Positions 1 to 12,120 of a stretch of 64,000 nucleotides of DNA are shown here, in pieces (position 1 is the stretch's first letter; every line of letters starts with the position of its first letter). Under the pieces are notes generated by a model. It had not been told where the DNA came from. It ran no database searches and saw nothing but the letters and a program-made list of their open reading frames with translations. The translations under genes and the position numbers were made by a program. The stretch covers positions 290,284,001 to 290,348,000 of the forward strand of contig OZ024742.1 in the NCBI GenBank assembly GCA_964016885.1, in the 5' to 3' direction. Source of the stretch: Eledone cirrhosa. Its lineage: Eukaryota.

Positions 1-1074
1 TTTTGAAAATGTGTGAATCCTAAAAGCAGAATAACTGTAACAATAGTTGATTGCTATGAATATATGGAAATATGTTGATTCCAATAGTATGAAAAATAAA
101 ACAGTTAGGTTGTGAAAATGATGTGTAAATGGCTTTCAGCATTCAACAGGCACGTGCACCCTTGACATAATTCTAAGGGAGGTTTAGTTAGACAAAGCTG
201 GCCCTTTGAATTATAAGTACTTCTTATTTTTGCCATTCAAATGGAATGGAGCAATGTGAAATGAAGCATTACTGATTCAAATGATTGTGAGCTGACCACC
301 TTATCCACTATACCACACACTTTTACACTTTGAAGTACTTAATACATTAAGTAAAAAAAGGTACATAATTTATTTTGTATAGAAATGATATCTACAGGGC
401 TAGCACTGTTTTATTTGTTTGAATGATGATTTCAACTGAATGAAACAGTGCCAGTCCTGTAGAAGTCATTTCTATCAAAAATGAATTTATATATATACAT
501 AAACAGCCAAGTTCACACTATATGCAAATGAGCATTTCCAACTGATGTTTTCTATTTGCTATATGCAGTATGCATTGAATGTGTGCCATTGTTAAAAGAT
601 TAACAAATCTTGAAACAGCACTGTCTGACATTCTCAAAAACATACTGGCAACTTTGTGATATATTCACAGAGGAAAATAGAAAAAATATAATCTTTTTGT
701 TAAGAAAACATATTTTTCTTTGACAGCAAAGCTACCCAAATGTTTATTGTAGATAAAGGTATAATGTATATTTATATGTGTTTTCATATACATTTCCATT
801 ATACTTAAAAGCTGTCTTAGTGCTACAGTCAATTAAATGTACTGTATATACTCGAATATAATCCAAGGAATATGTAACCAAAAAATCGATGGTAAAATGG
901 GGGCATCAGCTTATATTCGGGGTCAATATTTTGACGATTTTCACCAACTTCCAATCTTACATAAATAAGGTGCTAAAATATCTGAAATGTTTTTCTACAT
1001 TTCCTCTATTGTCAGGAGTTTTATTTATAGATTGTCTTAAGAACATTCCCACAAAATTTCATCATTTGAACTTG

Positions 1075-1294
1075 GGTGGTGGATTGGCAGTATCGGTAGA
1101 GTGTCAACACCATGCTTTGCATCATAGAGTTATGGCCCTTTACGTTCTGAGTTCAAATCCTGTCGAGGTTAGCTTTGCTTGTCATCATTACAGGGTCGAT
1201 AAAATAAAGTACCAGTAATGCACTGGGGTTGATTTAATCGACCCCCCCCCCATAAAAAATTGCCTGCCTTGTGCCTAAAGTAGAAACAATTATT
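1075..1294 (+). mobile_element. SINE copy
   Basis: Same head, core and tail as the other copies. Confidence 0.85.
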
Positions 1295-1977
1295 TGAGCT
1301 TTTTAATACATAAATATCACCTACACATACATGCACATGTGTACATAAACACTGACTGTTTTTCTCTATAACTTATGTAAATATACCTTTTCTTTCAATC
1401 TTGTTTGGTTTTATCTTCATCAGTTTCTCTCCTGTCTCTTTCGTCCTTTCTTTTCCTCCCTCTGTCTCTCCTCTCTGTCTTGCTTACTGTAAAAAATCTA
1501 CCTGAAGCTTTAATACTTGTAGAACATAACATTTTTTTCCAAGAGTTTCACAATACGCATTTCATTTGATGTGTATATTAAATAAATTTCTGTTACATTC
1601 AGGAGATTGTGCTATTGTCTTCTTAGAAAAAAAAAGTAAAATACTCCCAGTATGTCAGTGGCCAGAGAAGTAAAAAAAAAATTCGAAAAACTTGAAACTT
1701 TATAAAATTACTGGATTTGTGAAACAAAAACTATACTCTAAATGACACTTATAACATTTAAATATCAAAATATTAAAACTTTCTAAATATTTTCTCCACT
1801 CATGAGAATTTGAAAACAGCACCATAATATCTTGATTAGCTGCCTCAGCTTATAAACGAGGTTTGGATTTTTGTCCATTTCTCATACATAAAATAGTGTG
1901 GGGAGGTCATCTTATATTTGAGTATATATGTTATATATATTTTGTGTAAAAATATTACTAAAGCAAACTATTTGCAG

Positions 1978-2226
1978 GTGGACAAGTAATTCAGTATGAG
2001 TCTGATAAGATCATGCAGGCAAGACGCAGCGAAGTGCCAACTGGTCATGTTGTTTCTACAAGCGCTGGCAAACTCAAATGTAAAACTATCATCCATGCAA
2101 TTGGACCTGTTTGGTATGGTGGCCATAAAAGGGAATTGTTTTTTCTTGAGAGTGTTGTTAAAAATTGTCTGAAATTTCTGGATGAACATTCTTATACATC
2201 AATTGCAATTCCAGCTATCAGTACAG
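1978..2226 (+). CDS. PARP14: Macro-PARP (PARP14/15-like) exon A, macrodomain 1 central part
   Basis: tttgcag acceptor, G|gtgaga donor. Encodes GGQVIQYES...TSAGKLKCKTIIHAIGPVW...SIAIPAISTG, with the macrodomain IIHA.GP and SIA.PAIS.G motifs. The symbol is a family-level assignment. Confidence 0.9.
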
Positions 2227-3466
2227 GTGAGAGTTCAGCATTTTTAATATTATTCTGTTTAAAATATTACAGAGGAGTGATGGGAATAGAACCAGTGATA
2301 AATGAGATGGTTGGGTTATGTTTTGAGGATGGATAAAAGTGTTTTGGTGATAGGAGTGATGGAAATAGTCAGTGATGAATGTTGTGAAGAAAAATGGGAT
2401 GGCTGGATTGTGTGTTGAGGAAGGATGAAAGTGAGAGGAATAGAACCAATGATAAGTATTGTGAAGAGACATGGAATAAGATGTTAGGATCGTGTTTTGA
2501 GATGTTTATTTTAAAGAGTGTGTATTTATCTAAAAACTTCCATTATAATTCTATAAAAACCTTTAAGTTTTGTTTCAAACACCAGCTTAATAATGAAAAA
2601 GTTATATCACTAAATCTCTCCAAATTCATAATCATTAATATTTTCAAAATGATTTAAAAATCATAAGTAGTGTGTTTCATTAAAAATATGGTAGTAAAAG
2701 GATTAAAGTGTTTATATTTATCTAAAAACCTTCCATTATAATTTTATGTAAGGATCTTGGTATAGTTGTTCCAAACTTCAGCTTAATAACGAGAAAGTTA
2801 GTTATATTATTTAATCCATCCAAATTCTTGATTATTTAAAAAGTTATTTGAAAATCCTAGGCAGTGTCTTTCATTAGCAATATTATAACAAATTGTTTAA
2901 AAATACATGGATATACTAGATAAATCCAATAGGGTTGTCATGCTTAGAATAACAGTCAAATAGTATCAAGACAACACACAGACACCTGTGTTCCACCAAA
3001 TGTAGATGAAATCTAAAAGTGATGATTCTACATGAAAAAGATTTTAACTATTTTGTTACCATATTTCTAATGAAAGCTAATAAAAGGTGAGGCAGACATG
3101 TCAAGAATTGCTGAGCTCTTTGGAGTGAGAACTAGCAGACATGGCTCTGGTTTGAAAGAAGGCTCTTGACAGGGCTTACGATTGTGATGGGTAGATATCT
3201 GATCACTCAATGTTCTATAGGAGAAACCCACTCACTCCTCACTTGCACATAACTCACCACTCACATCTCACTCATCACCCACTCCTCACTCATTCCTCAC
3301 TTGTACATAACTCACCACTCACATGTCATTAGCTGGTATCTGGAAGATAAGTGGTTCAATTCCTCACAGCAATCGTTGGCAAATTCTTTTTCCATCTTTT
3401 AAGAGTCTTCACCATATTTTATAAGCTATGTTTATAGCATTTCTGTGCTTGAGCACTTTCTTTATA

Positions 3467-3468
<2 letters not shown>

Positions 3469-3530
<62 letters not shown>
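3469..3530. repeat. (TA)n microsatellite
   Basis: About 30 TA units, ~110 bp upstream of exon B. Confidence 0.95.
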
Positions 3531-3535
<5 letters not shown>

Positions 3536-3644
3536 TTATTTATTTATATATTCTCAGTGCTTCAAAAGCCGAAAATTTGACTTTGTACGTTGTTTTTAAT
3601 AGAAATATTTTTTTTTTAAATTAAAAAATTTTTTCTTTCCCCAG

Positions 3645-3818
3645 GAATTTTTGGAATCCCCATTGAAGATGGAACCAAATGTATAGTGAAGACTATTAAG
3701 TTTTATTTTGATAATGTCAATTCTAATATAAATCACATCTGTTTGATTGATTTGAGGAAAGAGGTTATGAGACATTTTAAGCTTCATCTTGAAAGATTGT
3801 TTGGAATTGCTGTAAAAG
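3645..3818 (+). CDS. PARP14: Macro-PARP exon B, macrodomain 1 C-terminus
   Basis: ttctttccccag acceptor, G|gtagga donor. Continues exon A in phase as GIFGIPIEDGTKCIVKTIKFYF...HICLIDL..., completing the STGIFG loop. Confidence 0.88.
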
Positions 3819-5651
3819 GTAGGATTTGCTATTTATTCTTTTATTATTTTACTGATTTCAGACATTATATTGTAACCATGTTAAGGCTCTGCCTTTTAGG
3901 AATTTAGTTGGTCATATCAGACCCCCCCACACCTTCCCAAGTTCTTAGTTTTTCAAGTCTGGTACTTATTTTATTGATCACATTTTTATTTTTTTTAGTT
4001 TACCTGATAAGTTACAGGATATGAACACAGACACAAATGCAGGCACAGATATTCAGACACATACAATACACACACACAAATATATGAAGGGTTTCTGCAG
4101 TTTCCATCTCACAAATTCTACTCATAAGGAACTGGTCAACCCTATAGTAGCAGACACTTGCCCAAGGTGCTGTGCAATAGAACTGAACCAAAAAGCACTT
4201 AGTCACGTCTACATTTATTTATTAAAATATTTTAATAACTTACTCTATTTTCCAAGTAAAAAGGTTTACTCTTTTGCACCCAATAAATGTTATGTCTTAA
4301 ATCTACCTATATCTTATTCACATCTAAAAACGGCCCCCTTTCAGTCATAACTACCCGTGGGTTTACACTTGGGAAGTTAAAAAGTCTGTATCTGATTCAC
4401 TTCTGTGTATTCTGTGTTCAAATCCCACCTCATTCTGCTAAAGGATGCTACTGGCAGACAGTATCATCAGAGTTTAATATCAAAATCTATATGTATCCTG
4501 TATACAACAATTTCCACTAAGGAACAAGACCACCAATTTTTATTTTTATTTTTTTTTATTCCTGAAATTCATTCTAATCCTTGACTGATACTTTATTTTA
4601 TTGACTGGAGAAGGATGAAAAGCAAAGTTGGCCCCAAGGGATTTGAACTCAGAATATAAAAAGAGCCAGAGAAAATACCACAAAATATTTTGGCTGATGC
4701 TCTAACGATTCTGCCAGTCTACTACTGTCTTTATGAATATAGTAATAATGAAGATGGTTGTGGTTGTGATGGTGATGGTATTGTGTTGCACCACCATTGG
4801 TTCTGATGAGAGAGTTCCAGTTGTTCAATCAATGAAACAGCTTGTTCTTGAAATACAATGGGCTGAGCATTCCACAAGTACATGCACACTTAACAGTTCT
4901 CAGGAAGATTTAGCATGATAGTGGGTGATATGGTCCTTTGAATTACAGATACAACTCAATTTTTCCAGCTAAGTGGACTGGAAAAATGTGAAATAAAATG
5001 TCTTGCTCAAGGACACATAGCACCACTGGAAATCAAACTCATGAGCTTATGATTGTGAATAAAACAACTTAACCATTAAGCCATGCACCTTCACTGGCGA
5101 TGGCGATAATATTAAAATAATATTTATGTACACTATACACCAGCTATGTAATATACAGGGGGCAGCAGAAATATCTTCCATAATTTACAGGATCAACCAT
5201 TAAAATGTGGCAGGTATTTTTGCCACAGCTTGTATTAGTAAAGCTGTATATTGGACAGGTATGGATAGTTTAGTACATTTTAATACCTAATTAATACCAT
5301 TATTGATATTTCTCTTGTAAAATAATTCCCCCAAAACATAACTATTTACATTTCTCCTTAATTCATGAAAAAACTGAATCAATTACAGGTAATAGATATA
5401 AGGGAAATATTTGTAATTTATTGCAGGTAATAGAGGTAGATGAATGTATTTGTAATTATACAGTAATTGTAAGTAATAGATAAAGGTGAAAATATTTGTA
5501 AATAATCAGTAATTATTGGTAACATATTTCAATGAACCTCATTAAATGTATGATTAAACCTCTACCTGTCATGACCAATTTCTATTTTTTTTGTGCATAG
5601 TTTATATAGGAAAACATTATCCAATGTGTCATATCTTGTTAAAGACATTAA

Positions 5652-5872
5652 CCCTTTAGTATTTCCGTTACTCTGTATTTACTATTGTATTTTCACAGTA
5701 AAGGCTTTACCTCACATAATTATCTCACATAAAATCGAATCTATGAGATTTTGATTTTATTTATTTTGAGAACAATACCTTAACATTGGTATAAGTGGCT
5801 AGTTATGGCTGGTTTAAACAGAAAGGGATGAGTGAATTCTGGCTAGATATGACCAGTTTAAATGCTGAAGGG
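5652..5872. mobile_element. piggyBac-type MITE (221 bp)
   Basis: TTAA|CCCTTTAG ... CTGAAGGG|TTAA. Internal sequence is shared with the copy at 42678-42898. Confidence 0.8.
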
Positions 5873-6753
5873 TTAAAGTGTGATTTGTGGGAGATTCTGC
5901 AGCTGTTTCTTGGAGATGAATCAACAAGCATGTGGAATGGCCCTTTGTTGGTTTTGACAATGAGTATTCCAGGTATTTGATCACTAGGCTAGCATGCAGG
6001 TGGTTGAGCATTTCATTGATATGTTTACCTTTAACATAATTCTTGGGAAGATTCAATGTGACACAATATGTAATATGGCTGGCCATCCCATAAGTTTCCA
6101 AACAGTTTCTGTCTACTTAATTTCCCTCGCCTGGCTTGGCCCAAGGCTATGGTAAATGATACTTGCTCAAGATGTCATGCAGTGAGATTTATCCTGAGAC
6201 CTAATGATTTCAAATCAAACTATTTAACCATATGGTCATGCTGTATCAACATGCAACCATATAATGGCTCTGTCATTGGCCTTGTAATATATTTTATTAG
6301 CCATTCTTACCATATGATACTGTTTAGAAACTGATAAAATTACCAGTCTTTGTTTGACCATAGAGTCATAACTAACAAGTTTATGGGACAAACACCTGCT
6401 GATGACTATGTGTGAGTCCTATTTGCTTATGTAGTTACTGTGGATGTGCCGTTATATATAACCACATGTACAGTTGGTGTGTATTAAAAACTACTATGGA
6501 CCAGGTAAACATATTTATTTTTTTCCCTGGGTATTTGTTAATGACTCCTGCAGGAGGTTCACGTGTCTATGCTATTTGTTCGTGTTCCTTTCTAATTTGA
6601 ATAATGAATTGCCACTCAAAAACAATGAATTTATTTCCTGTATGATTTAGTATTGATATTTGTCTGTCTATCTCTATTGATCTGTCTATCTATCTTGATC
6701 TGTCTGTCTGTCCACCTATTGGTCGATTAATAGATAGATAGATGCATAGATAT

Positions 6754-8138
6754 ATTTCTTTATTTACCACAAGGGCGCACAAGAAAAGGGGACAATACAA
6801 AGACACATGCCAGGGATTTTACATACAGTTGTGTAAAAAAAAACAAAAAAAAAAACAAACAATTATAACAATCGAAATCCCCAATAGGGGGGAGACGCCA
6901 CAAATTGGTTGTTTAATACCCCGTCGATAGAACAACCCTCAACTTCAGGAGCGTGTTGTGCAAGTGCTCCTTTCTTCCTTTTGCTCTCTTCTTTAACCTA
7001 CAGGCTTATAAACAGAGAAGGCCCAATCACTCGAGCCATGTTCCATTTATTCACCCACCTTTCAGTAAATTTACTCGGGTGCAGTGCCTCTCTCTCCACT
7101 CTGATTCTTCTTCTAAAGTGATACTTAAAGAAGGGAATCAATTGTTGTCCGGAGAGAAAGGCATCTGTCCTCGGTCCTCTCAATCTCATCCACCATATAA
7201 CTTCTTTCACCATAGCCACTGTACAGAGGAAAACCGCCTCTCTTTCGTTTTTGAAAGAGGCTGGCGGTTTGATCCTTACTATGGACTTGGCAGTCAACTG
7301 GATTTGTGCCATACGCAACAGCAGTTGTTTTGCATAGTTCCACAGGTCGCTTACGCCCGGGCAGTGTACAATTGCGTGCAAGACGGTTTCAATGTCCTGC
7401 TCGCATCTTGGACACGTCCTCTTGGAAGGATCCCTGCTGGGGTGTCCGTGCCTGTAGATCTTATCTCGAATGGGTAGAGCTCCTCGGTAGCACTGCCAGG
7501 CCGGGGACCTCTGGAAGTTGTCCATAGGTCCCGGGCTGAAATTCCTACCGAACAGACAGGTGAGCTTGTCGTCTTCGACGCCTAGATTCTCCACGAGCAC
7601 GTCGTCGCACTTGTAAAGTACTAACCCTCTATAGAATGTCGAAGTGGAGTCTCCACTGATTGCTGTGCCCGCTTGACAGAGGACTGTGATCGCCTGGGCG
7701 CATTCAATGTGCCAGGCGCCGATCTTCTTCGATCTTTGCTTGACCCAGGACTGCAGCTCCGTCAGCGAGACAAGTTGTGGGAAGGCCTGTCTCACAAACG
7801 GTGCCCACACCGGTTGGTCGGTGAGGTATACCTGGAGATGCCGTAGCTTCAGCGCATGTTTGCGCATCATTAGCCACGGCATGCCCAGCCCTCCATTGGA
7901 AGGGTGTTGACAGCAGACAGATCTCCTCAGCAGTGGAGCCTGCTTCTTCCACAGGAACTGGAAGAGCATACGTTCCATCTTGGTGAGGTATTCACGGGGA
8001 CAAGGCACGACATTCAAGCGGAAGTAGATGACGGACGCTATGAAAGTGTTCGCCACCTCCGCTCGACCTTTCAAAGACAGTTTGCACACTGCCCACTTCT
8101 GGGTGAGCGCAAATACCTTGGCCATGACCTCGTTCCAG
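6754..8138 (-). mobile_element. 5'-truncated Tx1/L1-clade non-LTR retrotransposon
   Basis: ORF 6998-8138 has LSLKGRAEVAN, FQFLW, GGLGMP and the zinc knuckle CPRC..ET..HAIVHC. The 3' UTR ends ...AATAAAGAAA. GATA repeats flank both sides. Confidence 0.9.
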
Positions 8139-8286
8139 TAGATAGATAGATAGATGGATAGACAGATAATGTACACACACGCTCACACACAGATAATGTA
8201 CACACTCGCACACACACACATACATAATACTATTCTGCCATGTCAGTACCAGCCTTGTAAAATAGTATTTTTGTGTTTATTTTCAG

Positions 8287-8411
8287 GAGGGACTCCATCA
8301 AAGACAGCTGTTCCTGATTCACAACAAAAACATTTGTCTCCTAGCACCAATCTGGTATATTCAAAATATATTGATATCAAAATAATGCTTGATTCAATTT
8401 CGAATGTCTCT
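8287..8411 (+). CDS. PARP14: Macro-PARP exon C, linker and start of macrodomain 2
   Basis: ttttcag acceptor, gtgagt donor, phase 1 to 0. Encodes GTPSKTAVPDSQ...IDIKIMLDSISNVS. Paralogous exon at 28112-28236. Confidence 0.82.
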
Positions 8412-8680
8412 GTGAGTAAACAATTTTATATCAAATATTTAAATTTACTTATTTTATTTTCAAATAATAAACTATTTATGTTGACTGAAACAGTAAAATG
8501 CAACCTCTAAATTTTCTTCATATAACACTGTCAATCTTTTTAACCATTTTTCTACCAAACCAGCTGAAACTAACCCTGGTTGTATGATACAAAACTATTG
8601 GTTTTTCAAGCAATTATATTTATCTAAAAACCTTCCACCATATTTTATGCATAAACCTTAATTAAGAAACACCAGTTTAA

Positions 8681-11193
8681 CCCTTTAGCATTCACATTAA
8701 TTTTCAAATGTCATGCGTATCTATTCACATTATTTTGAGTTAATTATACTCAAGAGGGTTATCAATTTTAGCAGATTTGAAATTTTGTCAGCAGATATTA
8801 AAATATTAATAATTTACAATTGTATATTTTTACTGATTTTTGTTTATGGGCAGGTGAAATTAATTAACAGGTGTAAAAGTAATGACTTTATGGATAAACA
8901 CAAAAATTTAAACTTTATCTGACTTACCTGTTAGATTTGTTACAAAAAATATCCAACAATGACCTAGATGTTGACTTCCAACAATTTTAGCACTTTTCCG
9001 AACAGGTGAATTAATTTAAAATGCAGTATAATCAGTGCACGGTTTTAGTCTGTCTCTACGTTTTATGCAAATATTTTCATTGAAAAAATTGTATAAAACC
9101 CTTTCACCAGTCAAAATAATATTGGCAATGTACTCTTACACAATGTACTCAGTAGATTTAAAAAGAATGTGCTCAATATTTAAGTTCATTATCAGGTGTG
9201 ACACAGGTGAATGCAGGTGTTTTTGTATCTAATGTGCTCCAATATATTTTTTAAATATTATTTTCAATATTGTCAGACAATATTCCTATCATGATATTGG
9301 CCAAAACAGCCTTTACATAATGGCACTTTGCAAAAGGAACACATAAATGAGGTTTCAATTGGATAACCTTTAGCAGTTTTTCTCTTTTGTAAAGAGTACA
9401 TTCGGCAAACCTTCCTCCCATCAATTTTCTCCACTTTATGAAAATCAATATTTCTTTGTTCACCTCAGATAATTTTGACTTTCTCCCAGCTTTGTGTTTG
9501 CGAGAAGTATATCCTCCACGCAGCTGAGATGTGACATCCACACAAAATTTCACGTGGCAGTAGTCCTTTGGTGGTGGTGGATCCTTGTGGCTTTTAGTGA
9601 ATACAATAAAAGAATTCACAATGGTTAAATTCACTAAAAACCACAAGATATATCTCCACCATTTCTTCCCAGGGCGTCCAACTGGGTAATATGCGCAATA
9701 TTGGTCGGATTTGTCAACCCCGCCCATACATTTATTATAGGAGAGGTTGATTAAAGGTTTACTTTCAGCCCCAACTCCTGGTTGTTGGTTAGAAGATAGG
9801 AACAAAATTTGCCGTTTGTCTTTGTACAATGTGGCTAACATGTTCCCTTTTTGCACTTGGAGAGTGTCCCCTCTCTTTTTAAATTTGGTGATTTTTATTT
9901 CTTGGGGTAGCCCTTTGCGATTCCCCATTATTGTACCGCAGGTGTACGTATTTACGGGGGCAAGATCCTCTGCTAGAAGCACTAAAGAAAAAAAACGGTC
10001 AAAATCTATGTGTCTGTGTTGAGAATGGAATGGTTCAGTCAGAGACCACACAACATCATACCCCAATCCATTTTTTCTCTCTCCGTTGTGTTTCTTTCCT
10101 GTGTAAACATCAAAGTTTGCACAGTAGCCTGTGTCCGATTCACAGAGTTTCCACACCTTGATGCCCCATTTGGTGGGTTTAGTTGGCATATATTGTCTGA
10201 AATGTACTCTTCCCTTATATCCAATCATAGCTTCATCAACACTAAGATTTTTATCAGGTATATATACTGTTTTAAATTTTCAGATAGTATTTTAATTAAT
10301 GGTTGAACTTTATAAAGAGGGTCATAATTCAATTCATTTCTATCGGGGCATTTGAAGTATCAACCAGATGCAAATACTGGTTTAATTTTAAATACCTTGT
10401 TTTTGCCATAATACTTGATATATAAGGGTCACTAAACCTTATATCAGTGCTCCAGTAATTCCATAGTCTTGGAAATTGTTTTATACCAAACATAATATTT
10501 ATGGTAAAAAACACTTGCATCTCCGCAGCATCTGTCAGTCGCCATAACAGATCGGGTTTTCTTTGATTTGAAATTTGTTGTTGGGCATATCAATTAGTCT
10601 CTTTTGCCACAACTTCGAAGAAAGTTTGTGGCAAAAACAAAAAGAAATAATCCAGTGCTTTAGCATCAGGAGGTAATGTGTGTTGTGGACCAGTATTTTC
10701 AATAAATTCGGGAACATGTATAGGTGTGGTATTTTTCGACCACGTTGCTGTAATATCTTCAATGGCGTCCTGGAGATCTCCTTTGTTTTCACTTTCAAAA
10801 CAACAATCATCGTCGGATGAAATTTCAGAAATGTAAACATCTGATTGATTTGAGGATAAATCACAAATATTATCTTTTGTTTCATCGTGTGTAAAACCTT
10901 CAAAGTCGGTATCGCTACTTTCACAAGCCATGTTGATACACACAAAAAAATCTGTTCTACTTTCAACGTTAAAAAAACACGTGTTGTTTCAAGTTGTTTC
11001 ACTATGTTAAGTGTTAATTTTCGCAATAAGGGCCTAATCTCGCAGTAATCTCGAATTGACGAGATTTTGATGACGTATTGTTTATTTTTAGAACAATATT
11101 TTAGTGTGAGTATTATTGGCCGTTTTGGGCCGGATTGAACAAATGAAGAGGAAATAATTGCGGCCGGTTTGGCCTGGTTTGAAAACTAAAGGG
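8681..11193 (-). mobile_element. piggyBac DNA transposon with frameshifted transposase
   Basis: TTAA at 8677-8680 and 11194-11197; termini CCCTTTAG...CTAAAGGG. Minus-strand ORF pieces 10590-10943, 10329-10520 and 9251-10228 carry MIGYKGRVHFRQYMPTKPTKWGIKVW, DRFF and YNKCMGGVDKSDQ. The paralogous intron has a single TTAA at about 28502. Confidence 0.95.
9251..10943 (-). pseudogene. piggyBac (PGBD4-like) transposase, disrupted
   Basis: Acidic N-terminus, DDD core motifs and a Cys-rich tail are split across reading frames. Confidence 0.88.
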
Positions 11194-11892
11194 TTAATAA
11201 TCTCTTCTTTTTACTCCTTTTGTCCTTAATATCTGCTTTGTGTGTATTGTGGAAGGAGATAACAGTGAATGATATGTTTCTAGGTCATGTGATTAGAAGT
11301 TATATCAGACTATTGGTGATGGTCAATGTGACATTCTTGAAGGGATTTCTTCATAGAATCCTTGTATCTTTCTTAATGTAATTACATTAATGACACCAGT
11401 CTTCCAATACTCTATATATGAGTCTAATAATACTAACATAATTATTACCTCCTCCTACTCCTTCTCATCATCATCATCATCATCATTTAACATCTATTTT
11501 CCCTGCTTAGGTTGGACGGGTTGTCACAGACTAAGTATGTACTTAATTGATGCCATAAACCTTTCAGACAAGCTGGGAAACTAAATCTTGCTTACATACA
11601 TTCCCGCATTGGGTGTCTTATTTTGGGACAGCAATAAAGAGGTTGCATGTCTTTGACATGACTAATAAATCCTTTTGACCCTTTGTTTAGTAATTTCTTT
11701 ATTTCAGCTTGATACCCTTTCTTTCACCAACCAGTTCACGGAATATACCGTATGCATTTTATCATGCCACTAATACTACAGAGATTGTAGTGTCATTGAC
11801 ACAACTGACGAGTCCTTTTGACACATAACAACAATATGTAATTATTTTCAGTGTCCAAATTTCTTAGCTGTTACCCTAATTTACTCTTGTAG

Positions 11893-12120
11893 GTTGATGT
11901 TATTGTTAACAGCACCAATAAAGAACTCAATCTTAATTCTGGTGGTATCTCCAAATTTATTTTGCAAACTGCTGGTCCACAGATACAAGAAGAGTGCAAT
12001 GCAAATTATCCTCAAGGTATTTCTACATCTACAATAGCCGTCACAAAGGGCTATAACCTGAAATGTGAATATGTATTTCATGTTTATTTACCTAGATGGG
12101 ATAAAGATAAAGCTGATGAA
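11893..12120 (+). CDS. PARP14: Macro-PARP exon D, macrodomain 2
   Basis: cttgtag acceptor, gtaagt donor, 228 nt. Encodes VDVIVNSTNKELNLNSGGISKFILQTAGPQIQEEC...TKGYNLKCEYVFHV, typical of PARP14-type macrodomains. Not in the supplied ORF track. Confidence 0.9.

Noticed and set aside
11881-12081. Identical 66-aa minus-strand ORFs here and at 29090-29290
   Set aside because: They are antisense shadows of macrodomain exons D and D'.
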